From assembly GCA_973851085.1 (NCBI GenBank), contig OZ316775.1, positions 19,964,001 to 20,028,000 of the forward strand: DNA of 64,000 bases. The letters are read 5' to 3'. The stretch is from Ptychomitrium polyphyllum. Its lineage: Eukaryota. This document shows, one piece after another, positions 13,548 to 25,787 of the stretch. Below the pieces are notes generated by a model. The model was not told where the DNA came from, did not search any database, and was given only the letters and a program-made list of their open reading frames with translations. The position numbers and the translations under genes are program-made. Numbering within the stretch: position 1 is the stretch's first letter; the number at the start of each line of letters is the position of its first letter.

Positions 13548-16500
13548 CTACATAGTATCATCATGCTTCAGAATTTCATCAGCAAGAGGGCTGAGATACT
13601 CCCACCAAAGCTTGGCACATTCAATCCCTTTTGCCCCACAACGTGAAACGACATCTTTCGATGCCCCAACTGGTCTCACCCGTTTCCAAGGCTTGTACTT
13701 GCCATTAAAGTGCAAAATCTTTGCAGCATCAGCCTTGAAAGAAATAAAGGGTTTTCGATCTGGCTTGTGATTATATTCATTTTCCAGATATTCCCGCTCA
13801 CGCTCACTGAACTCATGGCGTCCAAGCCCACGGACGTTCCAGGGAGTGTCTAATTTCTTGTATTTTCCATAGAATGCTAGTAAGAAGGGAGGTTGCGAGA
13901 GTCCATATCTGCAACACAGAAGAAGAAACAAAATAAATGAGTACGGCAGCATTACGTCCATCAGATGCTACTTTCGCAATATATGTGTACTGTTGCAGGC
14001 TAGAAAGGGTTAGAAGCCCAGTCACAGCTATTTTATTGAATTCAAAAATGCTTTGCCATGCTAAACTTGTGTCCGATTTTTATGCAATGTTCCGTTCACT
14101 TCAGCCGCGTAGAGTTCTAGATGGGGGTTGATTTCTAAAACCGTACTTGTAAAGTACTGAGTCAGCATCGTGAAACTCGTCCATCCACCAGAGAATAGCT
14201 TCCGTCACCTGCTCTTTGATCCACTGTTTGGTATCAATCACAAGCACACCTCTGTTGAACACACAAGCCTCTGGATTGATGGGCAGACTAGGAACCCAAG
14301 CAGGCTTATCAGATCGTGCCTGGATCTTTGCCAGTTGGTCAAAATCAAAGTAAGTCTCAAGCGTTTGAGAACAGTCCTCTACTGCAGCAGCTGCTCTATC
14401 TTCGAGATCAATCTGCAATAGCTCCTCAATGTTGCCCTGCAGAATAGATATCTAAATTCAGCAATACAATCAACTGATCTTCATAAAATTGCTTACATGA
14501 GAATGAGCTAGATTCTGTCCAATAATGATAACGTACTAGTACAATTGTATCTAGAGCAAAATATACCATGCAGTGCACAGATTTCGACTCCAACACATAT
14601 CTTCATTTAGAGAAAAGATAATAGCAAAATTGAGGGAGAAAAAAAATTGCCAGGAAGTTGAAGAATGAATTTTATCACCTTCACTACTATATCAGCATCA
14701 AGGTACACGAATCTCCCAACATCTTTGAAGTAGCGGGGTAGGAGGAAAGGTACAAAGTTGTACACGCTCTGAAGCTCTGGCCTTGCCTTGCTGTTGTTCC
14801 GAAACGTAATATGTTTCTCCATCTCGTTCAGGTCAATATTTTCACTAGAGACGGTGACATAAATTCATGATTTCAGTACAACATCTGCTACAGAACTGAA
14901 CAATGAACAAATATCCACTTCTATACAAAGAAATACCTCGAACAACCTTGAAAGACATAATATGCTAGAACATGGAATCTCATGGAAGAGTAGAGTCTCA
15001 AATGCAATACCTGACTATCTCGATCTTCACATCTCTAAAGAAAGCACTCAAATGCTTTGCTCTGAAGCGATGGCTTGGCGGCAGTACTAAATGGAAGTGC
15101 AGGCGTTCTGGATGCCTGTTTCCCAAAACAGATATCAATAAAAGGTCACAACACGTCAAGGAAATTCCAACAGAAAATAATTATTAAGAGATAAATTACA
15201 TTGCACAATGAATACCTACTGCTTGACACGCGTGAACACAACCTTGTCCTTGTTCCAACATAACAACTACAAATTACCAACAGTTGTGTAAGTCCCCCAT
15301 AAAGAACAGACGCCAGATAACTCACAAAGAATTGGAGATAGTGGAATTCACGAGCACAGCAAGGGGCCGAAAGTCGCTTGCATCTGTACTCACGAAGATG
15401 TGTACTTCTTGCTCGCCAGCTTTCTTTAGAAAAGCTAAGGTGTCCTCGCCATGTTCCTCATCCTGCAACCATTATAAACCAGCAGGAGTGAGATACTTTA
15501 CAACTGCCAAAGTTTGTTTCAGTCTTACTGACAAACAAGAAAAGCTATCCCAACACTACTGTACGTTACTTCTGCTTGTCAAAGCATCTCCACTGAATTC
15601 TAGTTTCTAATGTTTCAACCAAAAGAAATCCAAAAAAATGCCATTGTATCTATTAAACCTCATTCTTAGTCCAGTGCACGAATGCACCCTAAAACCTCGG
15701 CTTCATGCGTCAACCTGAATATGCGAAACTCATCAGCCACGAGATGCGAAACACGCAAGCTCACAAAACCATTTTCAAACCCCAACTCTAAGCACTTGGG
15801 TCCCAAAAAAGTAAAGCAAATTCTGTGCCTTTCATCTTCCTCAATGCACACCGAAGCTACATGCCGACTGCGCTCCCACAAACTCAAAGAAAAGAACAAT
15901 CTAGACTTCTCTCTTCCCAGTTAGGTCATGTCGGCCTTCCCTCTATTCCTATTACTCTAAACCTTCTAACGCACTCACACACTTAGATTTGCTTGAAGCT
16001 ACAGAAATGATCATACTGCTCATGGAGAAGAGATCTCATAACTAATCGGCATAATCCATTTTCCTGAAATGTAAACTTCCCTAACAAACAAATAAACAAT
16101 GTTTTTAAACGAGCTCAAAACACAATTTTCTTCTCCTGTATCGTAAGGAGATCCCCATTTCAAAAACGATTCAAGTATGAGAGACAAATGGCACTAGACT
16201 ACCAGGAGCCGAAAACTAACCTTGGAAAGGACGGAAAGGTCCTCTTGCGCAGCCAAATCCTCGGCCTGCTGCACCTGCACCTCATCCAAGGTACTGTAGA
16301 ATGCATCTGTACCCGTCGACTGCACGATCTGAGGATCCCCATGCTTCACCCACCGCTTAAGCCTGTCCTGCGGGTGGCGCCAATGCGTGGACGGGTACAA
16401 TTGGAGCGCCAGAAACCCACACATCACCAGCACTGCAACATACGGCAACCCAGGCCAAGGCTGCGGCGCCGGCTCCAAGTCCGGCCGGATGGTGCGTGAC

Positions 16501-16574
16501 CGCAACGCCTCCTCATCTGAGTTTCTCTGCAGCCTCCTCGTCGCCATCCCCGGCGAAGGCTGGTAATCTGGCAT
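13548..16574 (-). CDS. Glycosyltransferase family 8 type-II membrane protein, 6 exons
   Basis: Exons 16574-16221, 15462-15326, 15115-15011, 14844-14679, 14436-14147 and 13908-13548 are phase-consistent. N-terminal TM (PYVAVLVMCGFLALQL), VNSTISNS, DxD motif FVYLDADIVVKG, FNRGVLVID, GLSQPPFLLAF and ILHFNGKYKPW are GT8 signatures. Confidence 0.92.
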
Positions 16575-17118
16575 AGGAACCAACTCAGAATCCCCTCAAT
16601 CCACTGCCCTAGCACCACAAACCCACCTCAAATCCCACCCAAGCCCCCACTTTTGGGCACTTCTCTTCAACACCAAAACAGATCCCAGTCGTCAACCCCT
16701 CCGGATCCTTATCTCCCGCAATCCAACTCCCCAATCAGCTCAAGAAACTCCCCCGCAACAAAAACCCCCAAGCTTAACCCCCTGGACGAACAGTCTAGGA
16801 TCAAACCACAGGATAGCAGGGCTTCAGAAAAAGCGCAGTTTGGGAGTCATGGAGGAACAGTGAGTGGGGGTATCACATGACGGGGATGGTGAGAATCCTT
16901 GTTTGACCGAGCTTCCAGTGGAGTTGCCGATTTCCCTGAGGCTCCTGTCTCGTGCGATCCTCAGACTACAGTACCCAGGGGCCAAAACTGAGACTTTTGG
17001 GAACCCACTCCAGCCTTCTGGGATGAAAGATTCGCCGTCGTTGCTGGTTTTCTCGTGCGCCTCCTCGCCTCCTCGCCTCCTGTGGAAACCTTATTCCTGC
17101 CTTACTGGAGCCCAGACT

Positions 17119-17148
17119 GGCGATGGCGATGGCGATGGCGATGGCGAT
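17119..17148. repeat. (GGCGAT)5 microsatellite in the 5' region of the GT8 gene
   Basis: ggcgat repeated five times, read directly. Confidence 0.9.
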
Positions 17149-17297
17149 CGTGGTGCTCTGTGCTCTGCATCACCTGCTCTTGTTGTCACTAGCCGGCGCA
17201 TTTCTTTCGCCGCTCTGCTCTTCAATCCATTCAGTCCAGCGGTCTGGGAAGAATAGTCTCCGGTATCAGATTCCACACTGAAAGTTTCAGGCCCCTA

Positions 17298-17313
17298 TTA
17301 CCACGCGTGGTAA
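17298..17313. promoter_or_regulatory. Perfect 16-bp palindrome TTACCACGCGTGGTAA containing a CGCG box, upstream of the GT8 gene
   Basis: The palindrome is read directly. A regulatory role is inferred only from its position and the ACGCG core. Confidence 0.35.
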
Positions 17314-18790
17314 CTTGTTCGACCACTACCACGAGTATCACATTGGTATTACAGTAGTATATACAAGGGTATCACCATGTTGGTGCCTGGGTATCGCACG
17401 TGTATCTGGATAAGACCTGCGTATCAGTTTGTCAGGGTATGGGCTCTTTGCAATGTTCGAGGTGTATGCTTGGAATGTTTTTTATTTGAGGAATTCTTAT
17501 ACCAATATCATACAATCATGTGAGCTAGACTTTTCACCAATTCATTATATCTAAGGTTATTTGCAAGTTCATTTAACTTTATTTTGTTGTCTTCACATTT
17601 TTAAAGTTTTTATAAGGGAATTCTTCAAAGATTTGTGTGCAATTTTTAGTTTAAAAGAAATCAAATGTCTATTTTAATTCTTGATTTTATTAATATAAAA
17701 CAAAACTCTTCTATATGATCTCTATCATATAATAAATGAAAAAATTCATGTTGTCATATTAGAGTGAACAATAGTCATATCGTAAAATGAATTTTCATTT
17801 AGAAAAATGGCTTATTTAAAATATGTTCCATAGTTGATGTTGTTAAATAATTAAGAACCATGTTGACAAAGTTAATTTGTATAAAGATTAAAAAAAAAAA
17901 ACAACAAATTAATAAAATTCTTACTTTCTTAAATTTTTTGTATAATTTATATCTACTTTGTTACATGTTGCCATGATGTAGGCCACTTAGAAGTTAAAGT
18001 ATGGACAAGTCTATAATTATTTTATTTTTTTGAGTGTGCAATTAGGTTAATATTAGTATGGTGTTATTTTAATTTATATTTAAGTTGTACCAATGGAAAA
18101 AACTTAATAGAACAAATCAGATGGAGTAAGGTGAATAATTAAAGAACTAAATGGATTGCAAGATATTGACTCTATAAACAACTAAATAGTAAAGACTTCT
18201 CAAGCAACCAAATGGTGGTGATTCCTTTGTAACTTTTGTTAGTAGTTTTTTATTAATGGGAAGCTCAAGAGGAAATGAAGACTTAAAGAATAAGAAGTAG
18301 GATATTGATTTGTTTAAGTTAATATTAGAGTGAGGTGTTATAATGTGGGATTTATATTGACAAACATTTGGAGTGGATTTGGAAGTGTGAAGGTATCTTC
18401 TAAGGATATAAAATATTAGAGTGGTGTTGAGATGCAATATACTGTATGTGTAAATTTGTAACATCTTCCTTAAGTTGGAAAAATCATTTACACGTTTTGA
18501 TTCATTTTACAGGATTGAAGAATGTTCACTCTTGGCTTTGTTGACTGTGGTTTTTGCCAGAGTTTCTGGACCGCTTCTGTTCAGTCATGGCAGAAGGGGC
18601 TTTCGTGCGACTTCTATTTTTTATTTTTCGGTAACGGTAGAGTGCATTTTGAATGATGGGAATTGTAGTATTGTAGTAAGCCTGTCAATGTATCAGGAAA
18701 CGAGACTGCTTTGGGAATGAGCTGTATGAGAACCTAGATATTGGTCTGCATTATGGAAATACATGTCAACCAAATGTGAGCTCTTCGCAG

Positions 18791-20285
18791 GGGCACACTT
18801 GTTTTGGTCGCTGTATGACAGTGGAGTTGTGGTCACCTTCGGCACTTCGCCCCTAATTATGTGGCTCCACGGTGGACCTGTAAGTACAAGTTGATAGCGT
18901 ATGCGTTGAAGAGTTAGACCGCTGAAGCTATCATTCATTTGAGTCACTCTTGTATCTTTCTCGGATTATTCCTTTTCGATCAATGCAGCTTAGAATGTGG
19001 GTGAATGCATCATCAGCGCACAAGTGAGGTATGTTCTTTGCTGAATTCTATTCTTAGTCCTGTCGAGCAAAGTTTGAAAATAACGGCCATTTGTGCAGGG
19101 TCGATCTGGGGAACTTTCAAGGTAAAGGCCCACTTACAGAGGATTTGAAGCCTCGGAGTAGCACATGGCTGAATGTGTCCACTTGCTCTCTGTGGTAATG
19201 TTCGGCCTCTTAGTCTAGAGGTTTAAAGCTTTCGATATTCCTCGCATGCTTCACTGCTGCATGATGCTTCCTCCCTATCCTCTGCTATGTACTGGTTTTA
19301 AAGGTGCATGTCAGTTATAACATTTCTCTGTATTTGTCATGTATTAAATTGATGCTCTGCGTACACCCAAAATGTATGCTTGATTTCACTGTGGTCTAGG
19401 CAAGAGCATATTCTTGGACGCCTATGCTGTGGAGGAATTGACTTTGCTGAGTGCTGAGGTTGTGGTGACGTGGGATGGCTGTATTTGACTTTGGATGACG
19501 ACGTAGGATCCCTGTCGGTACAGTTAAAATCTCAATAAGCTAAAATGTATCTGTTTGTGTATGCTCTTCTTCAGATATTTGGCTTTGATTTAATGTGGCC
19601 GCTGCTGGGAGGAATCATTACGAAAGCTATCGTTGTACTCCTCTGATTATGTTATGTCACTTCTCTACATTGTTTCTCAGTCAGTTGGTACTTGAGACCG
19701 ATACTTTTGTCATGATTGTTGATCACTCAAGGCGTTGCAACTACTCAGCTGTTGCATTTTTGGTTGTTTAATAGTTGAAGTTGAATTTATTAAACTGTGT
19801 TACTTTCTATATTGGTTGGTCAGGGTTTAGCTATGTGGAGAATTCTACCCTACTTGCAAGGGAAAAGAACCAGGCTACAATGGATTTGTTGGTCTCTTTG
19901 GAAAAAAAAATTGGTTCTCACAAATCGCTTGAAGAAACCCCTTTCTTTGTCGTTGGTGAGTCGTCTGGAGGCAAGTTTGCCACAGAGTTGGGTGTTGCAC
20001 TTTGGAAAAAATTATTGCAGGCTCTCTTCATACCAACTTCAAAGGTAAAGCATCAGTGAATTTGTCAAATGATATTAGTGTCACTGTGCTTTTTGTGGAT
20101 AATAAACTTGAAGTTTTGCTCTTGTGGGTTGATCTTAGGAAGATCCTATGATAATATGCAACAATACAACGGCTAGCAAACTCGTTCTCCCCTGAAACAT
20201 TGTATTTCGAATTAAATTGAAGTGCGGTTTATCACCTGCAGGCATTGCGCTTGGAGATTCCTGGACCACGCTCCTTGACATCTTG
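18791..20285 (+). pseudogene. Serine carboxypeptidase-like (S10, SCPL51-type) pseudogene, frameshifted and 3'-truncated
   Basis: Exon remnants: 18791-18879 AHLFWSLY...PLIMWLHGGP; 19099-19194 GNFQGKGPLTEDLKPRSSTWLNV with a frameshift before HLLSV; ~19815-20044 GFSYVE...PFFVVGESSGGKFA with a frameshift in the A-run near 20005-20011; 20242-20285 IALGDSW. No later S10 exons were found. Confidence 0.82.
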
Positions 20286-22330
20286 GTATGTATACAGTAC
20301 TCGTAGAATATTTGTCTTCATCTATTTGATGTGGTTTGGACATGCTTCTGTGGAACTCGTTTCGCGGTTCATGTTCTCATGCTTATTCTGAAATGCACCC
20401 TTCAGATTCAGAAATCTTGGTCTGAGAAACCTCAATCCAAAATGATACTCAGCTTCCCTTGGATATGCCCAGTCACTCCCTTTCGACACCTCCGAAGCAG
20501 TTAATGACTTATTGATTTCCTTCACGTCTCGGTAAAGTAGGAGTTATGTGAGATATACTAACTTATTCTGGGCTGCATCTAACAAGGATGTATGAACAAG
20601 AATCATGTTGGTAATATTTGGTGTTTCATTTTTTTATCTCACAGGCACCATCTGATACTCCATACATGGTGCTTAAGATGCTGAAGCTCATCACGGCACA
20701 ATCAAGTTAGGTTCAAGGCTGCTATCTGAAAGGTGATTATACATTTCAGAAAATTGCAGATTTAAAATTAAGAAGAAAAATATACTTGTAGATTACTATT
20801 CTCTTGCTCATGCAAGCAAGGTACCACTGTAATTATATAGTTAAAACTGATCTGGGAATTAGAATGTGACTGCTGAAGCTGAGTGGGGTTGTGGAACAAA
20901 GACCAACCATGGTCTGGTATAACTTGAGAATATATATGTCTGCATCCTGAGGATTCAAAAACTCTTACAATTCTACTTACTAGTTACAATTCTAATTCTT
21001 CTTCAGCTCGTTGCTGTACTGTAAAACGGTGTCAGTTCTTCACATCGAGATCGGCGTTGTTAGAAATCAGCTTCTCATATGTTCGAAATTCACCTTCAGC
21101 ACTGGAGAACTTAGTGGCAACGGGAGGTTGTTGTGACGCTGTGGATCACTTTGTGGTAAAGATAGCAGGTTACTGCAGCAGCCACTAGTAAATTAGCTTA
21201 ACAGCCAGCATGGCGAGTAGTGCCAGCCTCATGGAGGTCATAAATATAGCCTCATCAACGACGAAATGGCTGACCAAACTTCAACGCCAAATAAGAAAAA
21301 CGTGGAAAGGCAATCACCACAGTTGCCTCTCCCACTATATTTCTTAATTTTACAATGACCACAACACAACGTCACACTCTTCAACGTGAAATTCTTCCTT
21401 CGCTAGGCCAGCGTCCAAGTAATGCCACTTGAGAGAAATCCTGAACTCCGCTGACCAACAGGCTATTTCAAAAACTCCTAAGCAGATGACTGGAGCTAAA
21501 AAAGACCTCCCACCTATTTCCTCCGACGCACCGGGATGGCGCTTGTCTAGATGGAACGGAAGCAATAGAAGTAAATATGATCTTTATAATCTCAGGTGCT
21601 CATTGTCCTTGAATTGTACCATCGTCCTTTGCAGTCCTTTATCAAGCTACAGGGGCATGTGGCATTAGGTCCTAATGAGAGGAACCTAGAACTTTGCTGA
21701 CAATCTCCTCCTCATCCTGTTCGATCCGGCTGCCTTTGCATCTGTCTCTTGTAAGTACACTTGAGAGAGGCTTGTGGACCTTGGAATGTTCCTAGTCTAA
21801 TATTTTTCTTGATACTGTCGGGCCTGGCATTGTAGCTTATTGGAAATCTTATGGTTCTGTAGAAATTTCTAGGCAAACCTTGTGTTACAATGAGTCCGTA
21901 TACACACTTCGATGGATCAATCTTTCGAAGGAGAGTCCTTGTATTGCTACCTAGGATTAATCATAGTGAATTTAGGAGGAATGCCCGACAGATCTTTTCC
22001 CTGGTTGGATCACATTTTGGTTGGTGAGGAGCTTTTATAAAAATTGGTCAAACCGAGAGTCTTAACGATCAAAACAAGCGGTATACATCGAGTGCAACAT
22101 ATCAGTTATCTTAGACGGTTGACGTGAAATGATATGATGCTGATTCTAATTCGTTTTGAGCGCAAGGAGACTTCTTTTGGTACAGTAGACCTCAGATGTG
22201 AAAATTCTTGACATGCCCCGGGCTTGGAATCTGATTCATTTGATTAATTTCTCCCCTGATTGTTCCAGAAAATCAAAGAGTTGTGTGACCTTGTAAGAGA
22301 ACGATGAAGTTGGACGCCACATCGAGAACA

Positions 22331-23097
22331 ATGAAGAAGCTGCAGGCATTAGCTGTGCTTCTGATGGCGCTGTCTGCTATGCCAGCTTCGGTGCTCTCAG
22401 CGCCAAGAGGATGGGGCTACGCGCATATCACATTCTATGGCACACCCCAGGGCGGCGGCCAGGCTTCGAGAGGCGCATGCGGGTACCAGAACACGTATGC
22501 TTTGGGCTACGGCGCTATGACGGCCGCGCTGAGCAGTCCTCTATATCGGGCGGCGCGGCGTGCGGAGCGTGCTTCCAGATCAAGTGCGTTCATATCCGAG
22601 AAACCAAGACCGCGAAGAACTGGTGCTGGAGCTACTCGCGGTCCATCACCGTCACCGCCACTAACTTATGCCCGCCCGGATCTACGGACGGATGGTGTAA
22701 CCCACCAAGGCACCACTTCGACCTGCCATACCCTGCCTACCTCACGCTTGCCAAGCGCGAAGGTGGCGTTGCTCTCGTCTACTACCGACGAGTGCCGTGC
22801 AGGAAGCGGGGTGGCATTCGGTTCACCATCGGCGGCAACCCGTGTTTCTTCATGATTCTCATCCACAACGTTGGCGGCAGCGGCGACGTGAAATCCGTGA
22901 AGATCAACTGCCCGGGCTTCGGATGGGTGCCCATGTACCGCAACTGGGGCTCGCTCTGGACCGTGCGCAGGCAGATGCAAGGTCAGCTTTCGTTCATGAT
23001 CACGACTTTCGACGGACGCACCGTTGTCGCACTTAACGCAGTCGGCAGGTGGTGGCATTTTGGACAAACTTGGGAATGCGGCGCTCAGTTCAGATAA
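22331..23097 (+). pseudogene. EXPA: Intronless alpha-expansin with a single -1 frameshift (pseudogene or assembly error)
   Basis: Signal peptide, WGYAHITFYG, GACGY and TAALS lie in one frame; GGAACGACFQIKC, TVTATNLCPP, WCNPPRHHFDL, YRRVPC, IRFTIGG, NVGGSGDV, RNWG and WHFGQTW lie in another. Adding one G to the run at 22548-22550 joins them (LYRGGAACG). Confidence 0.9.
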
Positions 23098-24039
23098 GTT
23101 CCGCATCTGTGCATCTCATCGAAAGATTCTCCTTGCAATCTTCGAGACGGTGATCCGTGATGTGCTTTTGAGCGCATCTGCGAAAGGGTCGAGAACTAGG
23201 CCGCGCGAAGATTCCGTCTTGGATTAACTGGTTAATTTATAACGAAACTAGACTTGGATTTGTCTAATTGTGGGTCACATAAATAAAACGAGGAAGGTCA
23301 ATGAATAGGAGATGCTTGTGTGTGGTAGTGTAATTCATAGATGGAGGCTGCCGCCTTTTAGTGGACATGTTGAAATTTGAGTTGAGAGCATCCGTGTGCA
23401 ACGTCAATGCTAGGTAGAGACGTTGTATCTCCGAGATGTGCCTCACCATGCTTGAGGAAGTAGAGAGCTGTCGAAAGATCTAGAACTGTAACGTAGTTGA
23501 AAGTATTGCACCGAAGCAATATTGGTGACTGGTTTAAGAGTAATGGAGGTATTGCTGATGTTGAGATCTCCGAAGGATGTCTTTGACACTAGAGTTATTT
23601 GTAAACTTAACCCTGTTCTCAACCAAATTCTCGCGTACTTCATTTGTGTTTGGAACACATGGTTCATTGGCACACATACTTCAATGCACGCGAGAAGATA
23701 CTGCCTAGGAACCAAAAAGTCACTTTTAGTTTGAACCAAAAACACAAAGACCGTTAAGAGGGCACTCACGGTGATGGGGAACGAATCGGCCAAGGAGCAC
23801 CTCGCAGCATTATAAGTGGAGACCTTGTTCGTGCTACACTCACCTCGTTTCTCTCCCTGAGCTTCAGATTTCCATGTGTTGGAAATGCTCGGGATGTTCC
23901 TGCCTTTCATCATGTTGTAACGAACGTAACTTTCTATAGCAATGGCGTGAATTGAAGTCTTCAGATCCATGACATGGCCCTCTCCTTTCGATGGTGTTTA
24001 CTTTGACGATTCCTACCTGAAGTTTCTTCTCCTTTGTAA

Positions 24040-24480
24040 TGAATTGCACATAATAGTCAAATGGATTGTCATTTCTTGAGTTCCGATCAAGCAAGTGAGG
24101 TCTTTCACCATCAATGACTCTGTTCCGATCACTCTTGACAGATCCATCAAAAGATATGTGACCTGTCAAAACCTTATAACAAGTCATAGCATAACTATAT
24201 GTATCTAGTTACTTGGTCCACTGTCCATGTCTCCAAAGTTTGGGCACACCTTTTTTTCGGATGCTCTACCGGAAGTTCTAACAACAGCTCTGGAGCTCTC
24301 CAAAATCCAGTTCCTTGTAGCAACATAGAACTCTGAAAATCTGCCACCTTATAACTTGGGTGATCACCACCATCATTAGCCTTCTAAAACTTGATGAGGA
24401 CATTGATAGCCTTAAGATATTGGTGCAAAACACTGCTACTATGTAACTCTCCTATACCCAAAACAATATCATGCATGACC
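24040..24480 (-). pseudogene. Decayed Ser/Thr (TKL-like) protein kinase fragment, subdomains VI-X
   Basis: Minus strand reads VMHDIVLGIGELHSSSVLHQYLKAINVLIKF*(24386-24384)...KVADFQSSMLLQGTGFWRAPELL, then after a frameshift DTYSYAMTCYKVLTGHISFDG...GERPHL. The catalytic HRD has become HQY. Confidence 0.85.
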
Positions 24481-25436
24481 TCCAAACCCTTTGGAAGTTG
24501 TTGTCTTTCAATTTGAGCATTTGTAAATCAGCCCAGTAACTCTCATTCAGAAATACACACCCACCATCATTTAGGAATGTAGCCTACTGTATAGTACTAC
24601 TATACAAATTTTGGTGATACAGTTTCAAATGGTGGAAGCAGCCACTAAGTAATTAATCAATCAAGTATGCCACGGGCCATTCATATCCGATGCAATTCAT
24701 ATTCATATATATTCATATCTTAGCAAATTAATTATATTAAAAATTAATTCACATAATAATACGAACTTTACAAACACCGAAGTGCTAACAAATGATTGTG
24801 CACAATAGAAATTGAACAGAATTGAAAAGCTAAAGCAAAACAATATTGTACTCTAAAGTTCAAAAACCCCATCTAATAAAAAACATAAACAAATTTCAAC
24901 ATGCAAAAGCAATCTAAAGCAAGCAAAGTAATTAGAAGTCATGATGAAAGTCTTTTTGGTATAGGACAGGAATGTACATAAAGGCACTTGTATGTGTGCA
25001 TGGAGCATGGGTACAACAGATACCCACATCATTACTTTCTAAGTCTTGATACTTCGTCTTTTATTGTTAATTTTTTGTATGAACAGATTGTTGGCAGTGT
25101 CACTTACAGACTTCGGAATGGTAGGCTTTGTAGTTGCAAGCATAGGAGCTCCTAGATGTGGTTTAAACTCATAAAACAACACTTTACAATCAAATAAAAC
25201 TTACAAATCTTATAGAACCACTTATACCCAGTACCTTGTACATGCCACAATCCAGTAAGGATTCAATGTGGTGGTAGCTACTGAGTTACTTCTTTTGCTA
25301 TACAAAAGCAACAAGCATTTGGCATCACGGCATTTAGGCCACCTGGAGCTAGACTGCCTATGAATTGAGTAGTATTGCCAACGATCTGCAAATGTTACAC
25401 ATGTGTCCATGACCAAAATCTCCAGTTGAGCTTGGG

Positions 25437-25787
25437 TCAGCTGAAGTAGGACCTCCATGATGTGTTGAATAGCGCACTATCACTAGCATTAGATTTCCCT
25501 CGAGGAATTTTGTCCACTTGTAATTTGCCTTCCGATTCTGTGACAGTTATACGCTCAAAGTCACAGCAATCGTCAGAATTGACAATTACCTTCGTCAGTG
25601 TTGCACCAGTAGTGGCAGGCTCCAAGGAAAACTCCCGATACGTCCAGTTAGCATCAATCTCCACCTTATAATCACCACCAACTCGGACAGTGGCAAGCTT
25701 TGCAAAGAAATTTTGATTTCCTACTTTTAAGACCAACACTTGCCCAGTTCGGTTGATAATCGCTGTAATAAGCTTTGTGCACGCCAT
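25437..25787 (-). CDS. Uncharacterised 116-aa single-exon, beta-rich protein
   Basis: Clean ATG-to-TGA ORF with a GCAATGGC start context and alternating hydrophobic pattern (VLVLKVG, YKVEID, TYREFSL, VIVNSDDC). Possible 5' UTR intron upstream (acceptor near 25854). It resembles small proteins of unknown function in seed-free plants, from memory only. Confidence 0.72.
   Translation of the reverse strand: MACTKLITAIINRTGQVLVLKVGNQNFFAKLATVRVGGDYKVEIDANWTYREFSLEPATTGATLTKVIVNSDDCCDFERITVTESEGKLQVDKIPRGKSNASDSALFNTSWRSYFS

Noticed and set aside
16864..17256. 130-aa plus-strand ORF with a GD repeat
   Set aside because: Explained by the GC-rich 5' region of the GT8 gene and the (GGCGAT)5 microsatellite.
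23443..23970. 175-aa minus-strand ORF next to the kinase relic
   Set aside because: No kinase or other recognisable motif and no supporting splice structure.
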